From NCBI GenBank assembly GCA_012295275.1, contig CM022674.1:16182001-16246000 (forward strand): DNA of 64,000 nt, given 5' to 3'. Below, piece by piece: positions 1 to 12,295 of this stretch; position 1 is the stretch's first letter; the number at the start of each line of letters is the position of its first letter. The translations under genes and the position numbers were made by a program. The DNA is from Chrysomallon squamiferum. Its lineage: Eukaryota; Animalia; Mollusca. The notes under the pieces are model-generated. The model saw nothing but the letters and a program-made list of their open reading frames with translations. It did not search any database and had not been told where the DNA came from.

Positions 1-581
1 GAGCCATAACTGTTGAATGAACTCTTATTTTGTGTCATCTTTGTGTTTATGATGTTCACCATTGTGCCAAGTTGACACTGAATGAGAGATGTGCTAAACA
101 AAGGAGTTGAAAATGTGATATTTGAGCTTGCTGCAGTTAAGAAAAACAAGAAAACATCATACACCGGCCTTTCACAGTGAAATCAGTTGTAACTGTCATT
201 CAGAAACATAGAACATCATTCTGTTGTCAGTCATCACAACTTTGTACTTACTTGTCACATTTTAACTCATTATGTTCAGGTGTATATTGGTAATATTTTA
301 ATTTGTATTGTTTATATAAAATAATTTAGTACAGTTGAAAAGACTAAGAACATTACTTATTAGAAATGTTCATGTTATAGTTATATTTGTATTGTTTATA
401 CAATTTAGTAATAGGTCTGACAAAACTAAGATAGGAATTGATTATAATATTATTAATATGATGCCTCAGACATATCTGAATCCTGAACTATCTGAACTGA
501 CGTAGCTGAGACAGTTCTGCGTATTTTAAAATTAAACACTATTACTCACAGATTATCTTTCTGACTTTCCGTTCTGTTTGC

Positions 582-1040
582 AGACTGATGTTGGTATGTG
601 TTTACAGTTTGAAAAATGCACTAAATGGAAAGTTGATATCATGAAACCTGAATTAATACATTTAATGGCAATGCAGTAATTTTTATGGACTTTTGTTACA
701 GTGCACTGGTTGTGTCATTTACAGTGATTTCTGACATGTGTTATGTTGATTTTTGTCATGTATATTTGTAATGTTTATAAAAAATTGGAATAGCACTTAT
801 AAATCTGTGTTTTTCAGGTTGACTACTCGACAAAGCAGCAGAACAGCTGAGAAACACAGGAACCCAGAGCCAGAACCTGTCCCAGTCAGCCCATCACCAC
901 CCCCTAAAAAGATGAAAAAGAACAAATCCAAAATGAGGTAAGACTAATTAATTAGAACTGTGTTTTTAGGTAACGGTATTGTGAAATTGTGTTTTCTTGA
1001 GTATTTCTAAATAACATGATCAAACACTATTTAAAAAAAT
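582..1040 (+). repeat. Copy 1 of a ~450-bp duplication carrying the PEPEP..SPPPKKMKK exon (copy 2 ~4818-5260)
   Basis: The two regions align visibly from 'agactgatg' onward; ORFs 753..941 and 4972..5160 are near identical. Confidence 0.9.
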
Positions 1041-1466
1041 TAGTAGATTTATTTTAGCTTTTTCTCCATATGACTTCCCATTCTGTAAGCCAGAGGTGTC
1101 CAATACTTCGATTGTGATCGACTGGTCGATGGCCAATGTAATGCGGGTAGATCGCACAGCATTCACTGCAAGTCATCAAAGTGACATAAACATATTCAGT
1201 TGTATTGTGCTATAACGATTCATGCAGTGATGCAAAGTGTGCCAATATATAATTTATATATAAATATATTTAGTACGTATTTAAACATCCCTCGAAATAA
1301 GGATCGTGTCTAGTAACCAACCCATTTAGAAGTTACTGTTTTGTGGTAAGTTTATCAAGTTTACGATTCCCATTATTATTTTTGTGAAATCCCTAACATA
1401 CATGCATGGCGAACAGTATAATATATTTGTAATTTATACACATCACTGTTCTCATTGTATTAATAC

Positions 1467-1503
<37 letters not shown>

Positions 1504-4500
1504 TGTAGTGTACTGCATTTAATGAATAAACAATACAATAAAACAAATTATGACAATTTGTTTTGTTTTTATTGTTTTACTAAACTGAACAAACAATACT
1601 GATATGAGAATCTCAATGATGAACTTTGTTTCAGTTAGCATTTCGAGATGACACTGTCCTCAGTGTCTGAAGTATCAACTGTTTCATTTCGAGCATCATT
1701 CAAGTCCTCTAGATCTGATGTTGTAGCAAGAAAGTTCTCTACACACATTAGTTCATTGCAGGTTATTTTTATTACATCTGAAGAGGGCACAGGTGTCTTT
1801 TGAGTCTGACAATGAGTCTACAGTCAGGTTGTATATTGTACAAGATGCTGTTCTTTTTCTTCGTTTTATATCATTTGTATACTAGGAAACAGCTTTGTCT
1901 GTAAGTTTTTGTTCATATCAAGGGTGACAGCTTATAAGTGCAGGCAGGTTAACTATCACCAGCAAATCATCCAGTGTAGAATTGGACATGTTCAACCTGG
2001 TGTTTCTCAACTGCCGATTCAGAGCACTTATGCCCGTCTCAACACTTGCACTAGCAAGTGCAATCGCCAAGATGATTTCAGTGATAAATGAATGTGTGGA
2101 TATTCAGAGTGATGATGTCTGAATATTTGACACCACTTGCCTTTTTTATTTTGGAAGTGAATGAATTTGTTTGCGACAAGTTTCTTTAAACCCCTCCATT
2201 CAGCAACCACCATATCTAGGGCAAAGTTGTGGTAAGAAAGGCGTTCAGCAAAATGTTTAGATAAGTTTAATTTGTTCCAAGTCATATTTTGGGTTAGATG
2301 TATTCCACTGAGTGTGATCAGCTATTTTCATTGTCTTGAAGATAGGGTCATTGAAAGAATCCATTCATTTAATCAGCTGTGTTAAAATTGCTGGGATCAG
2401 TTTCATTCTTATATCTTTCACAGTCTTTCGTCCCTGGTGAACATGGTTCAGGGCAAACTGTTCTTTTATTGTAGTAACAACTTTTTCAGTTTGTTGTTTT
2501 TTGCTTGTTACTCAACTGATTGTCTTGTTTGAGTCTTAACCTTGCTGTAAGGTTGGTAGCCTCTGCTTAATGGTTGCCTTGTGACCATCTTCGTTCAGCG
2601 TAACTGGAAATGGCAGATCACAATCATCAGCAGCAAGTGTACTGAGTTCATCTACAGTTGTATTTGTTCCAAGCCATATTTTGGATCAGATATATCCCAC
2701 TGACTGTGATCGGCTATTTTCATTGCATCGATGATAGAGTCAATGAAAGAATGCATTTGTTTAATCAGCTGTGTTGAAACTGCTGGGATCTGATTTGTTC
2801 TTACATGATTCACAGTCTGTCGTCCCTGAAGAACATGGTTCAGAACAAACTTCTTTTATTGTAGTAATAACTTTTTCAGTTTGTTGTTTTTTTTGCTTGC
2901 TACTCAACTGATGGTCTTGTTTAAATCTGAAAGTTGCTGTAAGGTTGGTAGCCTCTGCAGTAATGGTTGTCTTGTGGCCATCTTCGTTCAGCGTAACTGG
3001 AAATGTCAGATCACTATCATCAGGAGTAGGTGTACTGTGTTCATCCTCAGTTGATTTTATTGTGTCAATAACATCTGTGATTAATGGAGTTGCATTCTAA
3101 GCAGCATGTGACAAATGGGCAATTTGTTTCAGATTGAGTCTGTAGAGATGCATAGGTGCCACATACCTGTAGCTCAGCCATGTGTTAAGGAACCCCTTTA
3201 GTGTAGGCTTTTGGTCTGGTTTGAAAACTTTGAAGTCTGTATCATATTTTCCGCAAATAAACATAGAGGTAGACAGTTTACGATCATAGATTTGATGGTC
3301 CTGTATTTGTGAATTTGAAATCGTGTACCAGAAGCTTTCGGTATTCTTTGGACTAGAACCGCTAACCTCTGTGCAATAAGTACCAATATTCTCCAACACT
3401 TGCCACTATTCTTGATTCAACATCATGTCATCCACTTTTGGAAAGTCACTAATTTCAGCAAATGCATCTTTGACAGCCCCTTCAATTCTGTGTGCAGAGC
3501 AATGAATTATTAGCAACCATTCCCTGCCTTCAGTTTTCATTACTGTTGGAGCACCAATCAATTTACCTACATTAAGCAATGCTGCATATACACAAGCACA
3601 AATAACACATTTTGTGTATTTTTCGCAGTAATGTCAAATCATGGAAATCATCATCTATAGCATGTTTAATTCTGTCTGCAATTACTGCACCGAAATTAAT
3701 CATTTTTTGACATTTAAATAATAGTTTAACAGGGTGGCCCCTCCTACAATCTTCACATCAATTAATTATTTTTCGTCTCTAGTTTTACGACCTTCTGTGC
3801 TATCTTTTTCGAATGACATAAAGTTGGCACATTGTATCATGTGTTTAATATCATCTCTCATTGCTTGGGCAAAAAAGTGAACAAAACCCCAAACATGATT
3901 GGTCATTGTCCTTTCAACTTACAAACTTCACCCAATTCTTCTTCAGTAAGGCAGTCAGGGACTGGTATTGAGACATAGATCTCTCCTGCATAACCAACCA
4001 CAATGTGTATTGCAATGATTCTTATATTGTTCTTTACTGTTTATTTTCAAATAAGTTTCCAATGGAATTAGAACATGTAATGTTATGATTTACTTTCATA
4101 CTATCAGAAGCTGAATTTGTTTGATAATCTGAACTGTTCTGTGATAATTTCTTTTTTGCCCAGTCGTGAAGGCTACCTGTTTTCACATGCCTTTGCACGT
4201 TTGATTTGTGTGTATAGCCTGTGACGCAATCGATGTAGGCAAGTAATCCGTCAAGCAACTTACAAGTTATACGTCTTAACTTGGCTTCATTTCTTACCGC
4301 CGTTTTGTTTTCAGTACAATTTTTGCATTGTAGTTTTGATTTTTGTTTTTTCATTTACTTCGAACTAAAAGTCATTGGAAAAGTCCCATTTTTTAAACGT
4401 TTACACATGAATGGATTTCATTTGAATAAAACTGGGGCCCGGTAATGCTACGTTTAAATTCAGTACTGTTGCAAACTAAGTAACGTCACACTATGGACCG

Positions 4501-7136
4501 ACCGTCACTAAACATGTGACGTCACACCGTGGATGCATCTAAAAAATGAAAGCATTAAAAATCTCATACGAGACACAGAAGAAAACAACAACCTAATTCC
4601 GGAATCAATCGCTACGATGTTTTTCGGCAAAAGATTCAGAAAAGACATTAGCCATTCATTGAAGGATTGTTGATACGTGGTAACCTGCCGGTAACCTGAA
4701 CGAGAGTTCTCAACTTATTTCGATGCCTGTTTAAAGACAAATATTTAGATCATTTTGACTAGGTTATTTTAAAAGTAGCTCGCAAGCTGAAAAGTTGTGA
4801 GCACCCTTGGTGTATGGAGACTGATGTTTGTATGTGTTTTCAGTTTGAAAAATGCACCAAATTGAATGTTGATATCATTAAAACTAAATTGATCAATTAA
4901 TGGCAATGCAGTAATTTTCATGGACTTTTGTTATCGTTTACAATGATTTCTGACAACTGTTCTGTTGATTTTTGTCATGTTTATTTGTAATGTTTAGAGA
5001 AATGTGGAATAGCTTTAGTAAATCTGTGTGTTTCAGTTTGACTACAGAGCAAAGCAGCAGAACAGCTGAGAAACACAGGAACCCAGAGCCAGAACCTGCC
5101 CCAGTCAGCCCATCACCACCCCCTAAAAAGATGAAAAAGGACAAATCCAAAATGAGGTAAAAATAATTAATTAGAACTATGTATTTGTGTAACTGTATTG
5201 TGAAATTGTGTTTTTCTGAGTATTTCTAAATAATATGATCAAATACGTCTATTAAAAAAATTAGGATATTTATGTAAGCCTTGTTTTATTTGATTAATGT
5301 TAAGCAATGTTCGAGGCATTTATTTATAAATAGTATTATTTATAGTGAATATTTGGATCAATGCCTCCTGATGGAATCTCGAGCCGTTTTCATTTTAGCA
5401 GTGTTCAACACCTGATGTATGAAATAGTTTGTACTGTCTGTGGGTAGGTATAAATGAAACATCACTTGTTGTTAATAAGACAGAAGTGACTGTAGTGGGT
5501 TTCTTGTTTTGTTGTCTGACTGTTCGTAATTCTTATCTCTGACCCCATATAACAGTAAATGAAATAAGTAAGTAAAACATTTTGTTTCTTCCTCGTATAT
5601 AAAAAATCATTATATTATTTTTTACAGCTCAGCCAATATGGATGACAAAAATGAGAGTTCAGAACATTCTTCTAAAACAACAGCTGTTTCGTCCACTGTG
5701 ACAGCTGTTTCTTCTGTAGAGACTGTGGCAGCTGTGTCTCTCTTAGACAATATGTCAAGTCTATCTCTCTCTGGCATCATATCTCAGTCTTTCTTTGACA
5801 TCACTCGTATAGAACATCGTTTACAACTACCTGTGTCAAGCAGTCATGGTAATACACATATTATTTCAATGTGCTGTTAACTTTTTTAATAGGAAATTAT
5901 TAAGAGTCAACATTATTTGTATATTTGTTATAATAGAATATTTCAGTATATTGTATTGTTTATTAAAGATAAATTCTAAATTGACAAATGTACTATTTAC
6001 ATTTGTATCAATACACTGTTGCAATGAATTGTTTATTTACTTCTTAGTCATTAGTAAATTGACAATTAAAAGTTACATTGATAATGAATTAAGTTCATAG
6101 TTTTTTATGGCCTTTTTGTTTAACAGTTTAAAACAGTAAAGCAAAATACACTCTAGTTACTGTTTTGTTGCTTCATCATGACCTTTATAATTAATTTTGT
6201 ATTTACTTATATACATTTTAATACTTTAAATTAATACTTATTTCATAGCACCTGCACATAATTAGTTAAAAACATTTTTAAATGATGTATTGCTATATGC
6301 AGTAATACTTTTAGTAGATTATATTAATACTGTATTCTGTCCTTAAAAATGTATTTACTCTGTTTCACAGGTACTCAAATATTACAACTTGTACAACCAA
6401 CAGTAAACATACATAACTGTGGAAATGTTCTATTTCGAATGGGAAACAAGTTAATTAGTAAGTTGAAAACTGAAAGTTTTCTTTTTCTGTTTATGTTTAA
6501 TATATAAAAGAATAGACATTAGTGTTTTTAATAGTTTAAAGTAATACTTATTTCAGAGCTGCATATAATTAGTTAAAAACATTTTTAAATGATATATTGT
6601 TATATGCAATAATACTTTTAATAGATTGTATTAATACTGTATTCTGTCCTTAAAAATGTTTTTACACATTCACAGATACTCCAAAATTACAACTTGTAAA
6701 TCCAACAGTAAACATACATGACTGTCAACATTTTCAAATAGGAGCCGAAAACAAGTTAATTAGTAAGTTGAAAAGTGAAAGTTTTCTTTTTCTGTTCATG
6801 TTTAATATATAAGAGAATACAGATTAGTGCTTTTCTCTCAGACACTGTTAAATGAACAACATCCACACATGTGAGCACTTATGCTAAAGGAGACAAGTCT
6901 ATTTTTTTCTGAAAGATGAATATATTTGGCATTGACATTGCATGTATTTTGATGTTGAAGCAGTTTTTAATATTGATGTCACCATGTCATCACAAGAAAC
7001 ACATTTGCTAAGAAAAACTGTAAACATTCATAAGTAGCATTACAATAGAATACCTAATCAATAATTTGCCAAAACATTCAGGAATTTTATGTCATAGAAT
7101 TAAGAAGTACAGGTACATTGCGATGGTAATGTTTGC

Positions 7137-7194
<58 letters not shown>

Positions 7195-10100
7195 ATATAT
7201 ACACCTTCCATAGATAATGTGTAAATATGTATGTATGTATGTATATATTTATGTATATGTTTATATCTATATATGTATATATATGTATGTGTGTGTGTAA
7301 TAATAATAATAATATAAACAATAGTAACTATATAACAGTAGTGAGAAATAACAACAGCAGTATATTAATAATATATATTATTTCTTTTGATGTTGTGATA
7401 CAGAGTCTACCAGGTCACAGTTAAACTCAGTTGACAGGAGAGTCTATGTTGAAACAAGAGCAGAAGAAAAAGGAGTAACACTTTTGAAAAAGAATGGTGT
7501 TGTGATTGTAGTAGGATGTCCAGGTTCAGGAAAGACAACTCTAGGTCTGAACATGCTTAAACAGATACAGGAGAAAGAAAAAATAGTCTCTTACATCGTG
7601 ACTCATCACTCTGATTTCAAATACATTCCTGTGTCTAAAGACAAGCCATGTACTGTTCTCATTGATGACATATTTGGTAAAACTAATCTTGTATCAGATT
7701 TTGTGTCGTCTTGGAAACAGCTATTTCCAGAGGTGTGGAGTCTTGTTAAAGATCGGAGTGTGAGATGTATTATTACTTTAAGAAAACAAATATTTACAGA
7801 AATTATAGCCAATCTGAAGGAATTTGATCTGTTCAATGAAAATCATCTCCTTGATCTGCAGAGCGATGAATGTTGTCTGAATTATGAAGAGAAGATAGAA
7901 ATTCTAAACAAGTATCTGGAACAAAAGAATGTTACAATTGATGAAGGTGATAAAGAGACTGTCATTCAGTGTTCATGTATAGATTTAGGATTTCCTCAGG
8001 TGTGTGTGTATTATGTTAATTCAAGTGACGCACAAAAAAGAGGAGTTAAGTTTTTTGAGAAACCTGTAGAATATCTCACAAAACAACTGGACAAATTGAA
8101 AAAGGATAAATCTTCACAGATCGGTTACCTGGTTCTACTGCTGATTTTGTTCCAACAAGGCAGTCTCAGCATTGATTTACTGGACCCATTTAAAAGTGAC
8201 TCTGACAGTCACATAATGAAATTAGTAAGACAGCTAGAGCGATTCTGTCGGTGTGTAAAAAACACTGATCTCAAAGATATAAAGAAAACAGCTGATGAAA
8301 TGTGTGGTACCTATTTGAAGTTCTCTGACAATAAATACACATTTATTCACCAGTCAGTGTTTGACTCATTGTTTCTGATGTTTTCATCAGAGTTTCCAAA
8401 GAAAGCAGCAGAGTTGCTAGAAATGTGTCCTGACTCCATGTTGTTAGAATATGTTGTGACACCTGGAGTGTCTAACAAAAGTCACATTACAATGACTGTG
8501 AAACCTAACTGCTTTGATGTTCTTGCTCGGAGATTTAGTGACTTGTTGGTATCAAGCAATGCTGAAGACATTATTTCACATCCATCATTGAAAGATGAAG
8601 AGTTTGTGAAGTATCTCATAAAAGAAACATACTTTAATGATAAATTGATTGAAATACTGATTCACAAACTACACAAACATGAAAATAAATATTTGTATAT
8701 ATCATCTGTAAACGTAGAGAGTGTAGATGAAATATTTAGCAATATTTCATGTCTTCTTGACAGTTATTCAAAGTGTTCTTTTTACATGTATTTGGATACT
8801 AAAAATTATTTTGAAATTTCATCATCTGTTCAAAGTGAGTGTATTGTGAAGGGATTAAGAACATTATCAAGATTTTTCACTGAAAATCTGTGTAAAATGA
8901 AATTAACAAGTCTGAAAAAAGAACTTTTGAATATGTCTTGTTTGTTTGGTGATGAAGATGTTGTCAGAATGTTGCTACAATCAGGTGTTATTCCAGCATT
9001 TGATACACTGAGTGCAGCTGCCTCTTCAAAAACAGACAGTGTTACCATACTTAAAGAACTGTTACAATGTGAAAAAGAAATGAAATTGAATGACTATTCA
9101 GATCTTTTACTTGCATCTATTTGTTCAGGTAATTTGAAGATTGCATGTCTGTTAGCTGAAATGACAAAAAATGAGAAACACAACAATGAAATCAAGGAAA
9201 AAGCAATTAAACTGTTATTGGTTAGGTTCCATAGACAAGTAACACTTCATTCAAGTAAACGGCATTCTGGGAAGTCGAAGACTTCTGAAGATGTTGATGT
9301 AAGCCATCTTTTTAAAACATTGGTTACCACTGATGTAATAAACAAAATTGAAGACATTGCTATTATTGCTGCTTGTCAGAGTAATTCTGGTGTTATAAAA
9401 GAAATAGTAAAACTTAAACCTGATTGTTTAAATGATGACAACAGAGATAAAGTACTTTTAGCTGCAGCAGTATGGGGAGCCATTGATACAGTGAATTTTC
9501 TCATTCAGCAGAGATGTAATGATACAGATGAGAACTGGAAGAAAAGTCAAGTACTGAAAGTCGCAGTGATGTGTAACAGTGCTGATGTTGTTCAGTGTCT
9601 TCTTGATAAAGGAGCTGATCCTAATGTGAATGTAGCTGTTAATCAGAAATTGATTCAGTTGTTTAAAGATAATTTCGAACTGTTGTCTCATGGCAAAGTT
9701 AATTTAAAATTCTTGCCTTCATACACACCCCTCCACATTTCAGTTCTGCGTGGTAACTTAGATATGTTAGAATCACTAATAAAGAGAAATGCTGATGTTA
9801 ATGCAGTAAACAGCAAGGGAAAAACTCCACTTCATGAAGCTGTAAACGCAGTGACACACAGAAAGGAAATAGCTTTGTTCTTACTGAAAAATGGTGCTTG
9901 TACTGATATAACAGATGATAACAAGAATTCAGCATTGCACATAGCCTCTGAAATTGACATAGATGTTGTGAAAAAAGTAACAAAAAAGGGTGCTGAAATA
10001 AATGCAATTAACACTGAACAGAAAACTCCTCTTCATGTATCTTTGATGTGTCGCAGGCCAGAAATAGCTTTATATTTACTAAACCAAGGAGCTGATCCCA

Positions 10101-12295
10101 ATTTAACAGACAATGATAACAAATCTGTTTTACACATAGCAGCTAAATATGGAAAAGTAGAAATTGTGACAGCACTGATTGAAAAAGGTGTTGATGTAAA
10201 TGTAAAGAACAGCAAAGGTGAAACTCCTCTTTTTACAGCTCTGAATTGTGACAAATTCGATTTTTCAGAACTAGCTATGTCGTCTTATAAGACAGAAGTA
10301 GCTTTGCTTTTACTGGAACAAGGAGCTGATCCTAATTTAACAGACAATGATAACGATTCTGTTTTACACTTAGCAGCTGAACATGGAAATCTAAAAATTG
10401 TATCAGCACTGATTGAAAAAGGTGTTGATGTAAATTTTAAGAACATGCAAGGTGAAACTCCTCTTTTTACATCTTTTAAGTCTGAGCATTACAAAATACT
10501 TTTGTATTTACTAAAACAAGGAGCTGATCCTAATTTAACAGACAATCAGAAGAATTCTGTTTTACACTTAGCAGCTAAAGATGGAAATGTAGAAATTGTG
10601 ACAGCACTGATTGAAAAAGGTGTTGATGTAAATGTTAAGAACAGTCAAGGTGAAACTCCTCTTTTTACATTTCTGAATTACAACAAATATTATTTTTTAG
10701 ATGATCTAGCTACGTCCTCTGATAAGGCAAAAGTGGCTTTGGTTTTACTGGAACATGGAGCTGTTCCTAATGTAACAGACACTAATGATAATTCTATTTT
10801 ACACTTAGCAGCTAAACAAGGAAATGTAGAATTTGTGACAGCACTGATTGAAAAAGGTGTTGATGTAAATATAAAGAACAGAGAAGGTGACACTCCTCTT
10901 TTTATAGCTTTTAAGTGTCAGCATTACAAAATGATTTTGTATTTACTAAAACAAGGAGCTGATCCTAATTTAACAGACAATGATAACAATACTGTTTTAC
11001 ACTTAGCAGCTAAAGATGGAAATGTAGAAATTGTGACAGCACTGATTGAAAAAGGTGTTGATGTAAATGTAAGGAATATGCAAGGTGAAATTCCTCTTTT
11101 TACAGCTGTTAAGTTTCACCATTACAAAATATTTTTGTGTTTACTAAAACAGGGAGCTGATCCTAATTTAACAGACAATGATAGCAATACTGTTTTACAC
11201 TTAGCAGCTGAAAATGGAAATGTAGAAATTGTGACAGCACTGATTGAAAAAGGTGTTGATGTAAATATAAAGAACAGAGAAGGTGAAACTCCTCTTTTTA
11301 AGGCTTTTATGTGTCAACATTACAAAATAGTTTTGTATTTACTAAAACACAGAGCAGATCCTAATTTAACTTACAATGAAAACAATTCTGTTCTACATTT
11401 AGCAGTTGAACATGAAAATGTAGAAATTGTGACAGCACTGATTGAAAAAGGTGTTAATGTAAATGTAAAGAATATTCGAGGTGAAACTCCTCTTTTCTCA
11501 GCTCTGAATTACGACAAATTTGATACTTTTAAAGATCCAACAATATCCTTTGATAAGATACAAATAACTTTGGTTTTACTGGAACATGGAGCTGATCCTT
11601 ATTTAACAGACAATGATAACAATTCTGTTTTACACTTAGCAGCTGGTCATGGAAATGTAGAAATTGTGACAGCACTGATTGAAAAAGGTGTTGATGTAAA
11701 TGTTAAGAACAGAAAAGGTGAAACTCCTCTTTTTGCAGCTGTTCAGTTTCAGCAATACAAAATTCTTTTTTATTTACTAAAACAAGGAGCCGCATCTAAT
11801 TTAACAGACAATGATAAGAATTCTGTTTTACACTTAGCAGCTAAACATGGAAATGTAGAAACTGTGACAGCACTGATTGAAAAAGGTGCTGATGTAAATT
11901 TTAAGAACATTCAAGGTGAAACTCCTCTTTTTACAGCTGTTAAATATCAGCATTACAAAACACTTTTGTATTTACTAAAACATGGAGCTGATCCCAATTT
12001 AACAGACAATAATAGCAATTCTGTTTTGGAGTTAGCTGCTAAACATGCCAATGTAGAAATTGTGACAGAACTGATTGAAGAAGGTGCTGATGTAAATTTT
12101 AAGAACATTCGAGGTGAAACTCCTCTTTTTACAGCTGTTAAATATCAGCATTACAAAACATTTTTGTATTTACTAAAACATGGAGCTGATCCCAATTTAA
12201 CAGACAATAATAGCAATTCTGTTTTAGATGTAGCTGCTAAACATGCCAATGTAGAAATTGTGACAGAACTGATTGAAAAATGTGTTCATCTGTGA
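818..12295 (+). CDS. Spliced NLR-like gene: NLS-like exon x2, S/T linker, RHIM-like exon x2, nSTAND3-type STAND NTPase, helical region, ankyrin array; 5' end probably outside the window
   Basis: AG/GT-bounded exons 818-937 (phase 2-2), 5037-5156 (2-2), 5628-5848 (2-1), 6371-6457 (1-1), 6676-6762 (1-1) and 7404-12295 join in one open frame. The last exon reads KSTRSQLNSVDRRVYVETRAEEKGVTLLKKNGVVIVVGCPGSGKTT (Walker A), VLIDDIFG (Walker B) and FIHQSVFD (winged-helix motif), then ankyrin repeats. Confidence 0.85.
1091..4809 (-). mobile_element. Decayed hAT DNA transposon in an intron, with pseudogenised transposase (~1940-4380)
   Basis: Ends 'cagaggtgtccaa' (1091) and 'gagcacccttg' (to 4809) are imperfect hAT-type TIRs. 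Minus-strand remnants: GREWLLIIHCSAHRIE (CxxH), KASGTRF, and the dimerisation-domain-like EIILAIALASASVETGISALNR. Many stops and frameshifts. Confidence 0.75.
2283..3055. repeat. ~390-bp tandem duplication inside the hAT transposase remnant
   Basis: 2283-2674 and 2675-3055 align (for example 'catcttcgttcagcgtaactggaaatg' occurs twice). Confidence 0.85.
6371..6457 (+). CDS. Paralogous exon with diverged RHIM-like core (GTQILQLVQPTVNIHNCGNVLFRMGNKLI)
   Basis: cacag|...|gtaagt, 87 nt, phase 1-1; part of a ~305-bp tandem duplication that includes the flanking intron. Confidence 0.75.
6676..6762 (+). CDS. Exon encoding RHIM-like motif (NTPKLQLVNPTVNIHDCQHFQIGAENKLI)
   Basis: cacag|...|gtaagt, 87 nt, phase 1-1. 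Matches the RHIM pattern of RIPK3 (VNIYNCSGVQVGDNNYL) and RIPK1 (IQIGAYNYM). Confidence 0.8.
7404..12295 (+). CDS. Large terminal exon: STAND NTPase plus ankyrin repeats
   Basis: Uninterrupted ~4.9 kb frame; acceptor 'gatacag' ends at 7403 and is in frame with the 7484 ORF; P-loop GCPGSGKT, DDIFG, many TPLH/SVLHLAA..G..EIV..L...G ankyrin units; stop TGA 12293-12295. Confidence 0.95.
10088..12290 (+). repeat. Coding tandem array of 11 near-identical 198-bp units (2 ankyrin repeats each), three with 36-39-bp inserts
   Basis: GADP-equivalent codons at 10088, 10322, 10520, 10757, 10955, 11153, 11351, 11588, 11786, 11984, 12182; spacings 234, 198, 237, 198, 198, 198, 237, 198, 198, 198. Confidence 0.95.

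Noticed and set aside
584-593. Possible 10-nt micro-exon (cag|actgatgttg|gtatgt) of the NLR gene
   Set aside because: The frame needed to join exon 818 contains TGA, so it cannot be supported as coding.
7484-7486. TTG start of the 1603-aa ORF, or reading it as a bacterial Avs-type defence gene
   Set aside because: The context is eukaryotic; the frame is open back to a splice acceptor at 7403 and joins upstream exons.
7606-10893. Minus-strand ORFs inside the large exon
   Set aside because: Antisense shadows of the STAND-ankyrin frame with no motifs.
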